Shown: positions 49,250 through 59,084 of the stretch, piece by piece | Numbering within the stretch: position 1 is the stretch's first letter | How the letters are laid out: each line of letters begins with the position of its first letter | NCBI GenBank assembly: GCA_947305675.1 | Contig: CAMZED010000001.1 | Span: 1,589-65,588, forward strand | DNA length: 64,000 nt | DNA from: an uncultured Clostridia bacterium | GTDB taxonomy: Bacteria; Bacillota; Clostridia; Oscillospirales; CAG-382 | Direction of reading: 5' to 3' | Notes under the pieces: generated by a model | Database searches by the model: none | What the model was told of the DNA's origin: nothing | The model's input: only the letters and a program-made list of their open reading frames with translations | Program-made: the position numbers and the translations under genes

Positions 49250-51796
49250 ATGGCAGATCACGAATACGATTACAGCAGTCATGAGTTCCAGACGATTCAC
49301 GACATCGGTATCGAAAACGAGATAAAATCCTGCTATATCGATTATGCGATGAGCGTGATCGTCGGCAGGGCGCTTCCCGACGCGCGCGACGGTCTGAAAC
49401 CGGTCCACCGCCGCATTATGTATGCGATGTATGAGGACCACCTTACTTATGACAAAGCCTATAAAAAATCAGCCACCACCGTCGGCAACGTGCTTGGCAG
49501 ATACCATCCGCACGGCGACGCTTCGGTCTATGACGCGATGGTGCGCCTGGCGCAGCCTTTCAATATGCGTTATCCGCTTGTCGACGGGCACGGAAACTTC
49601 GGTAATATCGACGGCGATTCCGCCGCCGCTTACCGTTATACCGAGGCGCGAATGTCTCACATTGCCGACGAGATGCTGTTCGATATCGAAAAAGACGTCG
49701 TCGATTTTACCCCGAACTTCGACAACTCGCGCAAGGAACCGACTGTCCTTCCCTCCAGGTTTCCCAACCTTTTGGTCAACGGAAGCGTCGGGATAGCCGT
49801 CGGTATGGCGACAAACATCCCGCCTCACAACCTGCGCGAGGTGATCGACGCGACGGAATATCTTATGGATCACCCCGATTGCTCGGTTGCCGACCTTATG
49901 GTCTATGTAAAAGGCCCGGATTTCCCCACAAAAGGCACTATCTACGGCACCGCCGGGATCTATGAGGCATATATGACCGGGCGCGGCAAGATAAGGGTCC
50001 GCGCAAAAGCCCACTTCGAGGAAAAACACGGCAGGACAAGCATAATCGTCACAGAATTGCCTTATCAGGTCAACCGCAGTATGCTGCTCGAAAGTATGGT
50101 CGATCTGGTCAAGAGCAAACGCATCGAGGGTATCAGCGATATCCGCAACGAGTCCGGCAGAGACGGCATGCGCATTGTTATCGAGATAAAAAAAGACGCG
50201 AACGCCCAGATCGTTCTCAACCTGCTTTACAAATACACCCAGCTGCAGGATACCTGCGCGGTCAATATGGTCGCGCTGGTCGGCGGCGAACCCAAACTGC
50301 TCAACCTTAAACAGGCGCTGGAATGCTATATTTCGCACCGCAAGGAAGTCGTCACCCGCAGGGTGAGGTTTGATCTCGCCAAAGCCGAACGCGAAGCTCA
50401 TATTTACGAAGGATATAAGATCGCCATTGACAATATCGACGAAGTCATTTCGATCATCCGCGCCAGCGCAACGATAGCCGACGCCAAGGAAAGACTTATG
50501 GAACGGTTCGCGCTTTCCGACGCGCAGGCTCAGGCGATAGTGGATATGACTCTCGGCAGGCTTTCCGGTCTGGAACGCCGCAAGATCGAGGAGCGCCTGG
50601 ATTATCTTTATAAACTGATCGAGGAACTTAAAGAGATACTCGGCGACGAAACCAAACTTCTGGGCATAATCAAAGAAGATCTTAACTACATAAAGACCAA
50701 ATACGGCGACGACAGGCTTACCGATATAGTCGAATCGGAGGATGATATACTTATCGAAGACCTTATCGAACGCGAGACCTGCGTTATCACCGCAACGCGC
50801 GCAGGATACGTCAAACGTCTCCCGAGCGATACCTATACCGCTCAGCGCCGCGGAGGAAAGGGCGTCACCGGTATGGGCACGCGTGACGAGGATAACGTCG
50901 AAGACGTAATTATCGCGCACAGCCACGATTATCTTATGATGTTCTCGAACACCGGCAGGGTATATATCAAAAAATGCTACGAGATCCCCGAAAGCGCCCG
51001 CGCCGCAAAAGGTACCAATCTTGTCAACCTGCTTTCGCTCGATCCCGATGAAAAGATCACCGCGATCGTCCCGGTCACCGAGTTCACCGAGGAAGAAAAT
51101 CTTGTGCTTGTCACCCGCAAAGGCGTTACAAAGCGCATAAACCTTATGGCGTACAGCCGCAAGCGAACAAGCGGGCTTTATGCGATAAATCTCGACGAGG
51201 GCGACCAGCTGCTTTACGTGCTTCGCACCGGCGGCGACGACGATATAATAGTCGCTTCAAACAAAGGACTTTCGATAAGGTTCTCGGAACTCGACGTGCG
51301 CGAGATGGGAAGAATGGCGCGCGGCGTAAGGGCGATGCTGCTCGGCGACGATGAATTTGTCGTCGGCGCGGCGGTCATTCCCGAAGGGTCCGACGAAGCC
51401 AACAAACTATACGTGCTCACACTTACCACCAACGGATTCGGCAAGCGCAGTAAAGTTTCGGAATACAAAAAGCAATACCGCGGCGGACGCGGCATGATCT
51501 GCCACGGCATAAGCGAAAAAACCGGCGAACTTGCCGGATTAAGGCTTGTCAGCGAAACTGACGATATACTCATTATCACCGACGGCGGCGTTATCATCCG
51601 CACGCGCGTCGGCGAAATACCCGTTTACGGCAGAAGCGCGTCCGGCGTTATCGTTATGCGTACCGGAGAGGGCAGCCGCGTCGCAAGGTTCTCGGCGATC
51701 GATCCGTTCAGCGAGGAATCGGTCACCGGAAACGAATCCGCTGACGAAGAGGGCGAAGAAGCCGACAAAACAACAGACATACCGGAGGAAGAGTAA
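49250..51796 (+). CDS. gyrA: DNA gyrase subunit A
   Basis: [46 protein letters not shown] (catalytic Tyr). Confidence 0.97.
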   Translation: MADHEYDYSSHEFQTIHDIGIENEIKSCYIDYAMSVIVGRALPDARDGLKPVHRRIMYAMYEDHLTYDKAYKKSATTVGNVLGRYHPHGDASVYDAMVRLAQPFNMRYPLVDGHGNFGNIDGDSAAAYRYTEARMSHIADEMLFDIEKDVVDFTPNFDNSRKEPTVLPSRFPNLLVNGSVGIAVGMATNIPPHNLREVIDATEYLMDHPDCSVADLMVYVKGPDFPTKGTIYGTAGIYEAYMTGRGKIRVRAKAHFEEKHGRTSIIVTELPYQVNRSMLLESMVDLVKSKRIEGISDIRNESGRDGMRIVIEIKKDANAQIVLNLLYKYTQLQDTCAVNMVALVGGEPKLLNLKQALECYISHRKEVVTRRVRFDLAKAEREAHIYEGYKIAIDNIDEVISIIRASATIADAKERLMERFALSDAQAQAIVDMTLGRLSGLERRKIEERLDYLYKLIEELKEILGDETKLLGIIKEDLNYIKTKYGDDRLTDIVESEDDILIEDLIERETCVITATRAGYVKRLPSDTYTAQRRGGKGVTGMGTRDEDNVEDVIIAHSHDYLMMFSNTGRVYIKKCYEIPESARAAKGTNLVNLLSLDPDEKITAIVPVTEFTEEENLVLVTRKGVTKRINLMAYSRKRTSGLYAINLDEGDQLLYVLRTGGDDDIIVASNKGLSIRFSELDVREMGRMARGVRAMLLGDDEFVVGAAVIPEGSDEANKLYVLTLTTNGFGKRSKVSEYKKQYRGGRGMICHGISEKTGELAGLRLVSETDDILIITDGGVIIRTRVGEIPVYGRSASGVIVMRTGEGSRVARFSAIDPFSEESVTGNESADEEGEEADKTTDIPEEE

Positions 51797-52342
51797 ATGA
51801 AGTTAAAGGTATTTGTTTTGGAAAACAACACCGTAAAACGTCAGCGCCACGCCGCTGTCCAAAAGGCGGTAAAAGCATTTTTTAACGACGATCCGAAGGT
51901 AAAAGTCGTTTACGACGAAAACGGCAAACCGAGCGTTGAGGGGACCGACAAAAAATGGTATATATCGATCACCACGACCGGCGACGTTATGCTTGCCGCG
52001 CTCGCCACAAATCCGATCGGGATCGACGGCGAGCATCTTCCCAGGTTCAGCGATCCTGAAAATAAGATCGATTACGTCGCCATTGCCGAGCGGTTCTTTT
52101 CGGATGAAGAATCGGATTACGTCCGCGACGGAAGCGATTCTACCGAGCGGTTCGTCAAAGTCTGGGTGCGTAAAGAAGCCTATGTTAAATGCGCCGGGAA
52201 AACGCTTGCCGACTTTCCGAATTTCTCGGTGGTCGACGGCGACAAACTCGCCACGAAGGTTCATGGGATCTCGCTTAAAAAGTTCGGGATCAGCTTTGAG
52301 GGGAGCGAGGATTACCTGTTCGTCATAGCGGGCGTGGAATAA
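51797..52342 (+). CDS. 4'-phosphopantetheinyl transferase (Sfp-type)
   Basis: GIDGEHL and VWVRKEAYVKCAG (W/FxxKEAxxK) motifs. The ATG directly abuts the gyrA TAA. Confidence 0.75.
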   Translation: MKLKVFVLENNTVKRQRHAAVQKAVKAFFNDDPKVKVVYDENGKPSVEGTDKKWYISITTTGDVMLAALATNPIGIDGEHLPRFSDPENKIDYVAIAERFFSDEESDYVRDGSDSTERFVKVWVRKEAYVKCAGKTLADFPNFSVVDGDKLATKVHGISLKKFGISFEGSEDYLFVIAGVE

Positions 52343-52344
52343 AA

Positions 52345-52410
52345 ACGCCGGTGTTTACCGGCGCAAAAAAAGCCGACAGAGCGAGTTTTCCGCTTTCTGC
52401 CGGCTTTTTC
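52345..52410. terminator. convergent double-hairpin terminator (PPTase / mrp)
   Basis: CGCCGGT-gttt-ACCGGCG and AGCCGACAGA..TCTGCCGGCT, flanked by A and T runs. Confidence 0.75.
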
Positions 52411-52411
52411 T

Positions 52412-53218
52412 TTACATATTGTCCAGCCAGTTCCCCTCGAACAGCTCAATGGCGCCGCGGTCGCAGGCGGCGGCGAGTTTAGGGTCGACGGGGATCTTAG
52501 CCACCTTCGGGATCCCGTATTTTTCGGCAAGTTTTTCAACTTTGCTTTCGCCGTAGACGTAATGGTCCTTTCCGCAGTCGGGGCAATGGAAATAGGAATA
52601 GTTCTCGACAATGCCGATCACCGGGATATTCACCATTTCGGCGAGCTTGACCGCTTTTTCGACGATCATCGAAACAAGGTCCTGCGGGCTTGTGACGATG
52701 ATCATTCCGTTTATCGGGATCGATTGGAAAACGGTGAGCGGCACATCGCCGGTTCCGGGAGGCATATCGATGAACATCACGTCGGTCTCGCCCCAGTTTA
52801 CGTCGGTCCAGAACTGCTTCACCGCGCCGGCGATTATCGGTCCGCGCCAGGCGACGGGGTCGGTCTCGTGTTCAAGCAGAAGGTTCAGCGACATTATTTT
52901 TATCCCCGTCCTGCTTTCGGCGGGGGTCATAAGCGTTCCGTCGCCGGTAACTCCGCCCTTCAGCCCGAAAACGCGCGGGATGGATGGCCCGGTTATATCG
53001 GCGTCAAGTATGGCGGTTTTGTCGCCGCCGCGCTGTGCGTTCACAGCCAGGAGCGAGGTGACGAGCGATTTGCCGACTCCGCCCTTGCCGCTTACCACGG
53101 CAATGACTTTTTTGATCACACTGCCTTTGCCGGGGTTTTCGATCAGACTTTCCGGCGCACTTTCGCGGCTCGCGCAGGCGGAAGAGCAGGTCGAACAGTC
53201 ATGAGTGCAGTTTGCCAT
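52412..53218 (-). CDS. mrp: Mrp/NBP35-family Fe-S cluster carrier ATPase
   Basis: VIAVVSGKGGVGKS deviant Walker A. CPDC pair ..HCPDCGK.. N-terminal Cys cluster CTHDCSTCSSAC. Confidence 0.85.
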   Translation of the reverse strand: MANCTHDCSTCSSACASRESAPESLIENPGKGSVIKKVIAVVSGKGGVGKSLVTSLLAVNAQRGGDKTAILDADITGPSIPRVFGLKGGVTGDGTLMTPAESRTGIKIMSLNLLLEHETDPVAWRGPIIAGAVKQFWTDVNWGETDVMFIDMPPGTGDVPLTVFQSIPINGMIIVTSPQDLVSMIVEKAVKLAEMVNIPVIGIVENYSYFHCPDCGKDHYVYGESKVEKLAEKYGIPKVAKIPVDPKLAAACDRGAIELFEGNWLDNM

Positions 53219-53243
53219 AATTTATACTCCTTTTTTGTTTTTC

Positions 53244-53930
53244 CTATTTTTTAGCGCCTTTCAAAAATTTTACCGAGCGCTCTACCGAATCTTTCGAGTT
53301 GCCCCAGGGGAGGTCGTCAAAGCGGTAATCAAACTTTTTGCAGAAAAGCGAAATATCGTCTTTAAGCTCTGAAAGATAAGCGTTTATTTTGCCGTTGGCA
53401 GCTCTCGCCAGCTCGGAATACCCGTCTTTCGAAAGCACGCGCGCCCCGGCTTCCAACAGTCTGCGGTAATGCGGCAGACAGATGAACCCGACCGAATCGA
53501 ACTTCCGGCGGAAATCCTTTTCCTCGTCGAAAAGAAAGGCGGCGGTCTCGTACATTTTCCCGATCTTTTCGTCGATCCGGTCGCAGACGTAACAGGATGA
53601 ATCGAGTTTTTCGATCCTTTCGCGGCTTTTCGCAGAGATATCGCGCGCAAACACTCCGCCGGGTTTAAGCCCGGATTTAAGCGATTCAAGATGGCTTTCA
53701 AGAATAAGCGCCACGCCGAGTTTGTTGTTCCCCGCGATCATTTTTGCAAAATGGCGCTCACAGAACCCTTTTTCGTTGGTGATCTGACGCACTTCCGGCT
53801 CCATCATAGAAGCGCCGAGTATAAGATCGAGCTCGGTCTTTTCAAGGTTCTCAAAAAGGCGGCAAAAGGGACATCCGTCGCCGTGATCAAACGCCTCGTT
53901 GACCGGGATAGTATAAAGATGTTCCTTCAT
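53244..53930 (-). CDS. conserved hypothetical Cys-rich protein (possibly DUF6062-like)
   Basis: 228 aa with two CxxC pairs (CPFC, CYVC). 25 nt upstream of mrp on the same strand. Family name recalled, not verified. Confidence 0.5.
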   Translation of the reverse strand: MKEHLYTIPVNEAFDHGDGCPFCRLFENLEKTELDLILGASMMEPEVRQITNEKGFCERHFAKMIAGNNKLGVALILESHLESLKSGLKPGGVFARDISAKSRERIEKLDSSCYVCDRIDEKIGKMYETAAFLFDEEKDFRRKFDSVGFICLPHYRRLLEAGARVLSKDGYSELARAANGKINAYLSELKDDISLFCKKFDYRFDDLPWGNSKDSVERSVKFLKGAKK

Positions 53931-53995
53931 AAATGTATTTTTCCTTTCGGTCCGTTGACATAATCAGTTTTCGCAAAAAAGATTATTTTCAAAAG

Positions 53996-54139
53996 TAATC
54001 CACATTTTCCACAGGGTTTTCCACAACCTGCCGGGAAAATCCCCCGATTTTTGCCTTATTTTCCCGAACCCGTCGCAACGATATCCACAGTTTGCACATA
54101 GTTTTCCACAACTTGTGCGGCAACATTATGTTATATACA
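53996..54139 (+). promoter_or_regulatory. DnaA-box cluster (5 strong and 2 weak boxes, all co-oriented)
   Basis: Strong boxes: TAATCCACA 53996-54004; TTTTCCACA 54005-54013; TTTTCCACA 54017-54025; ATATCCACA 54081-54089; TTTTCCACA 54102-54110. Weak boxes: GTTTGCACA 54090-54098; TTATATACA 54131-54139. Confidence 0.75.
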
Positions 54140-54150
54140 CGATTGAAAAA

Positions 54151-55161
54151 TTATACGGTTTTTGTCGCATAAGCGTTAAGGTCGAGCCCGGCTTTTGCGC
54201 CGGAAAGATATTCGTAATAAGCCTGCGCGCCGATCATCGCGGCGTTGTCTCCGCAAAGCGAAAGAGGGGGAAGATACAGCTTTGCGCCGAATTTTTCGGC
54301 GGAATTTTTAAGCGCCAGACGCAGATGCGAGTTTGCCGCCACGCCTCCGGCGAGCACGATATTTTGGGCGCCCTCGCGGGTCAGCAGCAGTTCGAGCCTG
54401 GAAGTCACCGCCCCGACAAGGCTTGCCGTAAAAGAGGCGGCGACGTCGGCGCGGAATTCGTCGTCGATCACCCTGCCGCGCTGCGTTTCGCCGTGGACGA
54501 GATTTATGACCGCCGTTTTCAGCCCGGAAAAGGTAAAATCGTAATCCGAGCCGTCGATCGATCCGGCGTTGAAGCGGTATTTGGTTTTGTCCCCCGCCGA
54601 AGCGAGCCTGTCCATCGCCGCACCGCCGGGGTAGGGCAGCCCGAGAACGCGCGCGCATTTGTCGAAAGCCTCGCCCGCCGCGTCGTCGCGTGCGCAGCCG
54701 ATCAGTTCATAATCGGTATAACTGTTCGCCCGCATAAGCGAAGTATGCCCGCCCGACACCACCAAAGCGATAAAAGGCGGTTCAAGGTCGGGATGCACAA
54801 GGTAATTCGCGGCGACGTGCCCCCTTATGTGGTGTACCGGTATAAGCGGTTTTCCGGAAGAATACGCCAGCCCTTTGGCGAAAGACACCCCGGTCAGCAA
54901 AGCGCCGATAAGCCCCGGCGCATAGGTCACCGCGATAAGGTCGATATCTTCAAGCGAAAGATCTGCTCCCGCCAGCGCTTCGCTCACCACACCCGATATC
55001 GCCTCGGTGTGCGCGCGTGAAGCGATCTCCGGCACGACTCCGCCATAAAGCGCGTGTATATCTATTTGCGAAGCGACTTTGCCGCAAAGCAGCTTCCTGC
55101 CGTCCTCGACCACCGCGGCGGCGGTCTCGTCGCAGGACGATTCTATTGCCAGAATTTTCAT
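54151..55161 (-). CDS. tsaD: tRNA N6-adenosine threonylcarbamoyltransferase TsaD
   Basis: MKILAIESSCDETAAAVV..VVSGGHT..; 336 aa. Confidence 0.95.
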   Translation of the reverse strand: MKILAIESSCDETAAAVVEDGRKLLCGKVASQIDIHALYGGVVPEIASRAHTEAISGVVSEALAGADLSLEDIDLIAVTYAPGLIGALLTGVSFAKGLAYSSGKPLIPVHHIRGHVAANYLVHPDLEPPFIALVVSGGHTSLMRANSYTDYELIGCARDDAAGEAFDKCARVLGLPYPGGAAMDRLASAGDKTKYRFNAGSIDGSDYDFTFSGLKTAVINLVHGETQRGRVIDDEFRADVAASFTASLVGAVTSRLELLLTREGAQNIVLAGGVAANSHLRLALKNSAEKFGAKLYLPPLSLCGDNAAMIGAQAYYEYLSGAKAGLDLNAYATKTV

Positions 55162-55589
55162 AATATCTTCTCCATTAATATTGCGTCGGTCCCTTTATAG
55201 AAGCCTTTGCGCCTGCCGACGGGCAGATACCCGCAGCGTTCATAAAGTCTCAACGCCGCGGTGTTGTCTTCGGCCGCTTCAAGCACCGTCTTTTCGCCGC
55301 CGAGCGATATTACCGTTTTTTCAAGCTCGCGCAATAATTTGCCCGCGGCGCCTTTCCGGCGGAATTCCGGCGCTACCGCAAGGTTCATAATCTCGCACAC
55401 TCCGCAGCAATACACCGCCGAAATTATTCCGGCGGCGGTGCCGCCGTATTCGGCGACAAGATATATATTGCCGTTTTTTGCGGCGTTTTTTATTTGTTCT
55501 TCGCTCCAGAACGTGTCAAGACATTCGCGCTCGATGGCGTAAGCGCGGGCATAATCGCCGCTTTCCGCGGGGCGGACGTTGAATTCCAT
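55158..55589 (-). CDS. rimI: ribosomal-protein-alanine N-acetyltransferase
   Basis: GNAT fold: ..IMNLAVAPEFRRKGAAGKLL.. 4-nt overlap with tsaD. Confidence 0.8.
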   Translation of the reverse strand: MEFNVRPAESGDYARAYAIERECLDTFWSEEQIKNAAKNGNIYLVAEYGGTAAGIISAVYCCGVCEIMNLAVAPEFRRKGAAGKLLRELEKTVISLGGEKTVLEAAEDNTAALRLYERCGYLPVGRRKGFYKGTDAILMEKIL

Positions 55590-55590
55590 A

Positions 55591-56295
55591 TCACAAATCC
55601 GTCGCGGGGGCGCCCGGGTCGTAATCCGGGTTGCCGATCATCCTCGAAAGGACGTCGCGCGGGCAGATCACGGTTTTGTTGATCGACCTGTCGCGCAGAT
55701 AAAATCTGCCGTCGTTATCGCCGAAAAACACTACGACGTAATAAAGCCCGGGGTATTTTTGCGACAGCAGACGTACGAAATAGCGGTTGGTGTAAGCCAT
55801 ATTGTCGTAATTCAGATCGACCGCCTCGCCTTCGTCGACCGCGCGTGCGATGGTACGGCAAAGTTCGGAATCCTGCGTTTCGTTTATGCCGCGCTGATCC
55901 TCTTCAAGATATTCGTCGTCGGCAAAGAAGCTTGCGATCCAGCGCGTGTTGGAAGAATCGTATATCCTTGCGGCGATCGGATCGAAATCCGTAACCGATA
56001 TATCGCCCGACGAAGCGCTGCGATAGACCAGAAGTTCACCGCTGTCCTCGACGCAAAGAAAATCCTTTGCCGATTCAAATTCGACTTCGTAGACCTGTTC
56101 GTTGCCGTATTTTATATATTCGCCGCCTTTTTCAACGGCATAAACCGAAAACATCCGGCAAAGGACGTATTCCGTCCCGGTGGCGGGGACGATAAAACCG
56201 TCCGCGGTTATATCCGCCCTGCGCGAGCAGGAACACATACCCGCAAGGCATAAGGCGGCAAGCAGTAAAGCCGATAATTTCTTAATCATTTTCAA
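55591..56295 (-). CDS. putative lipoprotein of unknown function
   Basis: MKMIKKLSALLLAALCLAGMCSC signal and lipobox. Tightly packed between the deaminase gene and rimI. Confidence 0.6.
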   Translation of the reverse strand: MKMIKKLSALLLAALCLAGMCSCSRRADITADGFIVPATGTEYVLCRMFSVYAVEKGGEYIKYGNEQVYEVEFESAKDFLCVEDSGELLVYRSASSGDISVTDFDPIAARIYDSSNTRWIASFFADDEYLEEDQRGINETQDSELCRTIARAVDEGEAVDLNYDNMAYTNRYFVRLLSQKYPGLYYVVVFFGDNDGRFYLRDRSINKTVICPRDVLSRMIGNPDYDPGAPATDL

Positions 56296-56786
56296 TATCC
56301 GATCTGTCCGAGACTATCGTCGTTTTCCACCCAGTCGGCGGGGTAATAAACCGAATATCTTTCGCTGTCTTCGCGGACGATCACGCGCTCGATCCCGGCG
56401 TTGATGACCAGCCTTTTGCACATCTGGCAGCAGGTAGTCCCCGGTTCGATCAGCCCGGTCTTTGCGTTCACACAGCAAAGATAAAGGTCGGCGCCGAGCA
56501 TACGCTCACGCGGGGCGGCGATTATCGCGTTCGCTTCGGCGTGGACGGAACGGCAAAGCTCATATCTTTCGCCGCGCGGGATGTTCATTTTGTCGCGAAG
56601 GCAAAATCCCAGATCGCAGCAGTTTTGCCTTCCGCGCGGGGCGCCGGCGTATCCCGTGGAAATTATAACGTCGTCTTTTACGATTATCGCGCCGAATTTG
56701 CGCCTTAAACAGGTGCCGCGTTCGGTCACCGTTTGGGCAATATCCAGATAATAGTTTATCTTGCTTCTTCTCGAGTCCATCGCCAA
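56292..56786 (-). CDS. dCMP/cytidine deaminase-family zinc enzyme (ComEB-like)
   Basis: HAEANAI and CCQMC (PCxxC-type) zinc motifs. Confidence 0.8.
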   Translation of the reverse strand: MAMDSRRSKINYYLDIAQTVTERGTCLRRKFGAIIVKDDVIISTGYAGAPRGRQNCCDLGFCLRDKMNIPRGERYELCRSVHAEANAIIAAPRERMLGADLYLCCVNAKTGLIEPGTTCCQMCKRLVINAGIERVIVREDSERYSVYYPADWVENDDSLGQIGY

Positions 56787-56887
56787 ACCCTCCGAAAGAT
56801 TCCCGCGATCCGCCTCTTTTAAAGCGCGCCGATCACGATATGTAACAGTTTAACAAAACAGCGCTGTTTTGTCAATATCGTCGCACA

Positions 56888-56925
56888 AAAAAAGGCAGAG
56901 CGCTTTCTTTGCGCTCCGCCGGGTA
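56888..56925 (-). terminator. terminator after the vWA protein gene
   Basis: Minus strand: GGCGGAGCGC-aaagaaa-GCGCTCTGCC followed by TTTTTTT. Confidence 0.7.
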
Positions 56926-56935
56926 TTTTTAAGAG

Positions 56936-59068
56936 TTAATCTTCTATGACTTCACACATAAGCAGTTCAAGGGTGACGTCGCATTGCGGCATCAGGAACG
57001 AGGCTTTCCAAAGCCCGTCGGATCCGTCGTATTCGGGTATAAGTTCTTTAATTTTATTACCGACGGGGTCAAGCACCGCGATCACCTCGTAGCTTTCGCT
57101 GTTGAACCCGGTCTTTTCGCGGTAATAATCCTCCAGCGCGACATAGATACGCATGCCCTCGGTGTATTTATAATCCGCCTGCGTGCAAATTATGCGGTCT
57201 TTCGACTTCTCGCCTACCGTGATCCCGAACCCGTCTCCGCCTTCGCCGGCGAAACGCGCGGTTATGACCGCGGGGCTGTCGGGCATAACGAAGACATAGC
57301 TCCAATAACCGGAACCGTCTTCCGCCTTTTCAATAAGGCTGCCGTTCACATAAAGGATCATATCGGCGTCGTAAATGATTCCGGCGCGGATCTCTACCGT
57401 CTCGCCGTGGAGTGCGGATCTGGGCGCCGAGATAAGTTCTGATTTTACGGATTCGTTTACGTCGTATTTGATCGCGTAACGTTTTTCGGGCGCGACGTAA
57501 TCAAGCCCGCAGTATTCGCAAACGACCCTTATCATGCATTCGTTAAGCGGTTCGACGTTCTTTTCGCTCACGCTCGCCTCGGTGTGGCTGTTGCCGATGC
57601 CGGAATCGTCGGTAAGATAAATATAAGTGCCGCCGGTCGTTATTGCAAACGAGCGAAGAATCACTTCGGTCCCGGTGTCGACCCCCGACGAAGCGACGGG
57701 GATGATCCTTATACCTTCCGCGGCGGCTTTACCGAGCGAGGAATTGATGTTTTCGTTTATGCCCCGGATCTCGGATTCGTCGTGGGGAGGAGCGTCAAGC
57801 ACAAAGAAGCAGAGTTTTACCGCGTTTTCGCGCCATTGATGTCCGGAAACCGCGTTTTCAAGCGCGGTGTGGACCGCTTCGGGCCAATCGCCGCCGCCGT
57901 CCGAACGCTGTTTGCTTATCTGATCGATGCATTCATTTATATTGCTGCGGAAATCGAAATATTTAACTACGTATTCGTCGCCCTCGTCGCGGTAGAAGTT
58001 AACGCTTACGCGGATCGAAAGCTGTTCGCCCGCCTTTGCGATGCGGTCGACCATATCGGCAAGCTCAACTTTCAGATATTCCAGCTCGTCCGACATACTG
58101 CCCGTCGTGTCGATCATAAGCATAAGGTCAAGCTGGGTTATGCTCTTTCCTTCGGGGGGGATCTCAAGCGTTACCGAGGCGTACTGTTCGCTCGCCGCAA
58201 ACAGTTTTATCTCTTTTTTGACGCCCGCCGCCCTTACCGTCGCGGTCGATTTGTCGAGTTCGGCGGGGAAGAAAAGGTATGCTTTTCCGTCGATCCCGCT
58301 GCGCGACTTCCAGATCACCTTGCCGTCGGATTCAAGTTCAACTTCGGTGCCGAACAGCGACGCTCCGCCGGATTCAAGCGTTACTTCCACAACATTACGT
58401 GTTGAGAACCCGCGGGAAGAGATGATACTTGCCCATTCCGGGTCCGCGGCGCGTTTGAGCCATTCGCCGAGGTTCTTTAAGTCGCTCCATTCCGAAGCGG
58501 TAAGCGTCCCGGCGCGGATGGCGTTATTGTAGTCGCCGTAATAGTCGATCCGATCGAGTTCGCCCTCGAATGATTCGACCGGCTTTTCGTAGTCGGTCCT
58601 GTCCGTGATCGTGTAGCCGTCCTTTACCATTGAGTAACCGGATTTGTCGCCTACTGCGGATACGCCTTCGGGATAGTCGGCCGCTGCGTCTTCGTGTTTG
58701 AATTCATCCTCAAGGCTCGCGTCGCCGCGGATAACTCCGTCGCTGTAAGAGGCATCTTCGGCCGCGCCGCCTTTGTTGTCCGGGATTTTGGTTCCTTCGC
58801 TGTTTGACGCGCCGTCCGTGTTTTTGCTCACGACGCCGTCACCCTGATTCTTTGCTTCGGTCCTGCGCGAAGTTACGCCGATAACTCCGCCGATGATCAG
58901 ACAAACCGTCAGCGCCGCCGCGACCAGAATATATCCGATCCGGCGTGCGGAAATTTTCGCTGTCTGCGGCTGTTCCGAAGGTTCAAACGCCCCGGCGGGA
59001 AGTATCTTCCCGGCTTCGGGAGCTTCGACCTTGTCAAAAGCCGATCTTATCTTTTTTTCAAAACGCAT
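56936..59068 (-). CDS. single-pass membrane protein with extracellular von Willebrand factor A domain (putative anti-sigma/sensor partner of the ECF sigma)
   Basis: Short cytoplasmic N-terminus, TM helix IGYILVAAALTVCLIIGGVIGV, and vWA MIDAS LMIDTTGSMSDE. Starts 16 nt after the sigma gene stop. Confidence 0.65.
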   Translation of the reverse strand: MRFEKKIRSAFDKVEAPEAGKILPAGAFEPSEQPQTAKISARRIGYILVAAALTVCLIIGGVIGVTSRRTEAKNQGDGVVSKNTDGASNSEGTKIPDNKGGAAEDASYSDGVIRGDASLEDEFKHEDAAADYPEGVSAVGDKSGYSMVKDGYTITDRTDYEKPVESFEGELDRIDYYGDYNNAIRAGTLTASEWSDLKNLGEWLKRAADPEWASIISSRGFSTRNVVEVTLESGGASLFGTEVELESDGKVIWKSRSGIDGKAYLFFPAELDKSTATVRAAGVKKEIKLFAASEQYASVTLEIPPEGKSITQLDLMLMIDTTGSMSDELEYLKVELADMVDRIAKAGEQLSIRVSVNFYRDEGDEYVVKYFDFRSNINECIDQISKQRSDGGGDWPEAVHTALENAVSGHQWRENAVKLCFFVLDAPPHDESEIRGINENINSSLGKAAAEGIRIIPVASSGVDTGTEVILRSFAITTGGTYIYLTDDSGIGNSHTEASVSEKNVEPLNECMIRVVCEYCGLDYVAPEKRYAIKYDVNESVKSELISAPRSALHGETVEIRAGIIYDADMILYVNGSLIEKAEDGSGYWSYVFVMPDSPAVITARFAGEGGDGFGITVGEKSKDRIICTQADYKYTEGMRIYVALEDYYREKTGFNSESYEVIAVLDPVGNKIKELIPEYDGSDGLWKASFLMPQCDVTLELLMCEVIED

Positions 59069-59084
59069 AATGATCAGTCTCCTT

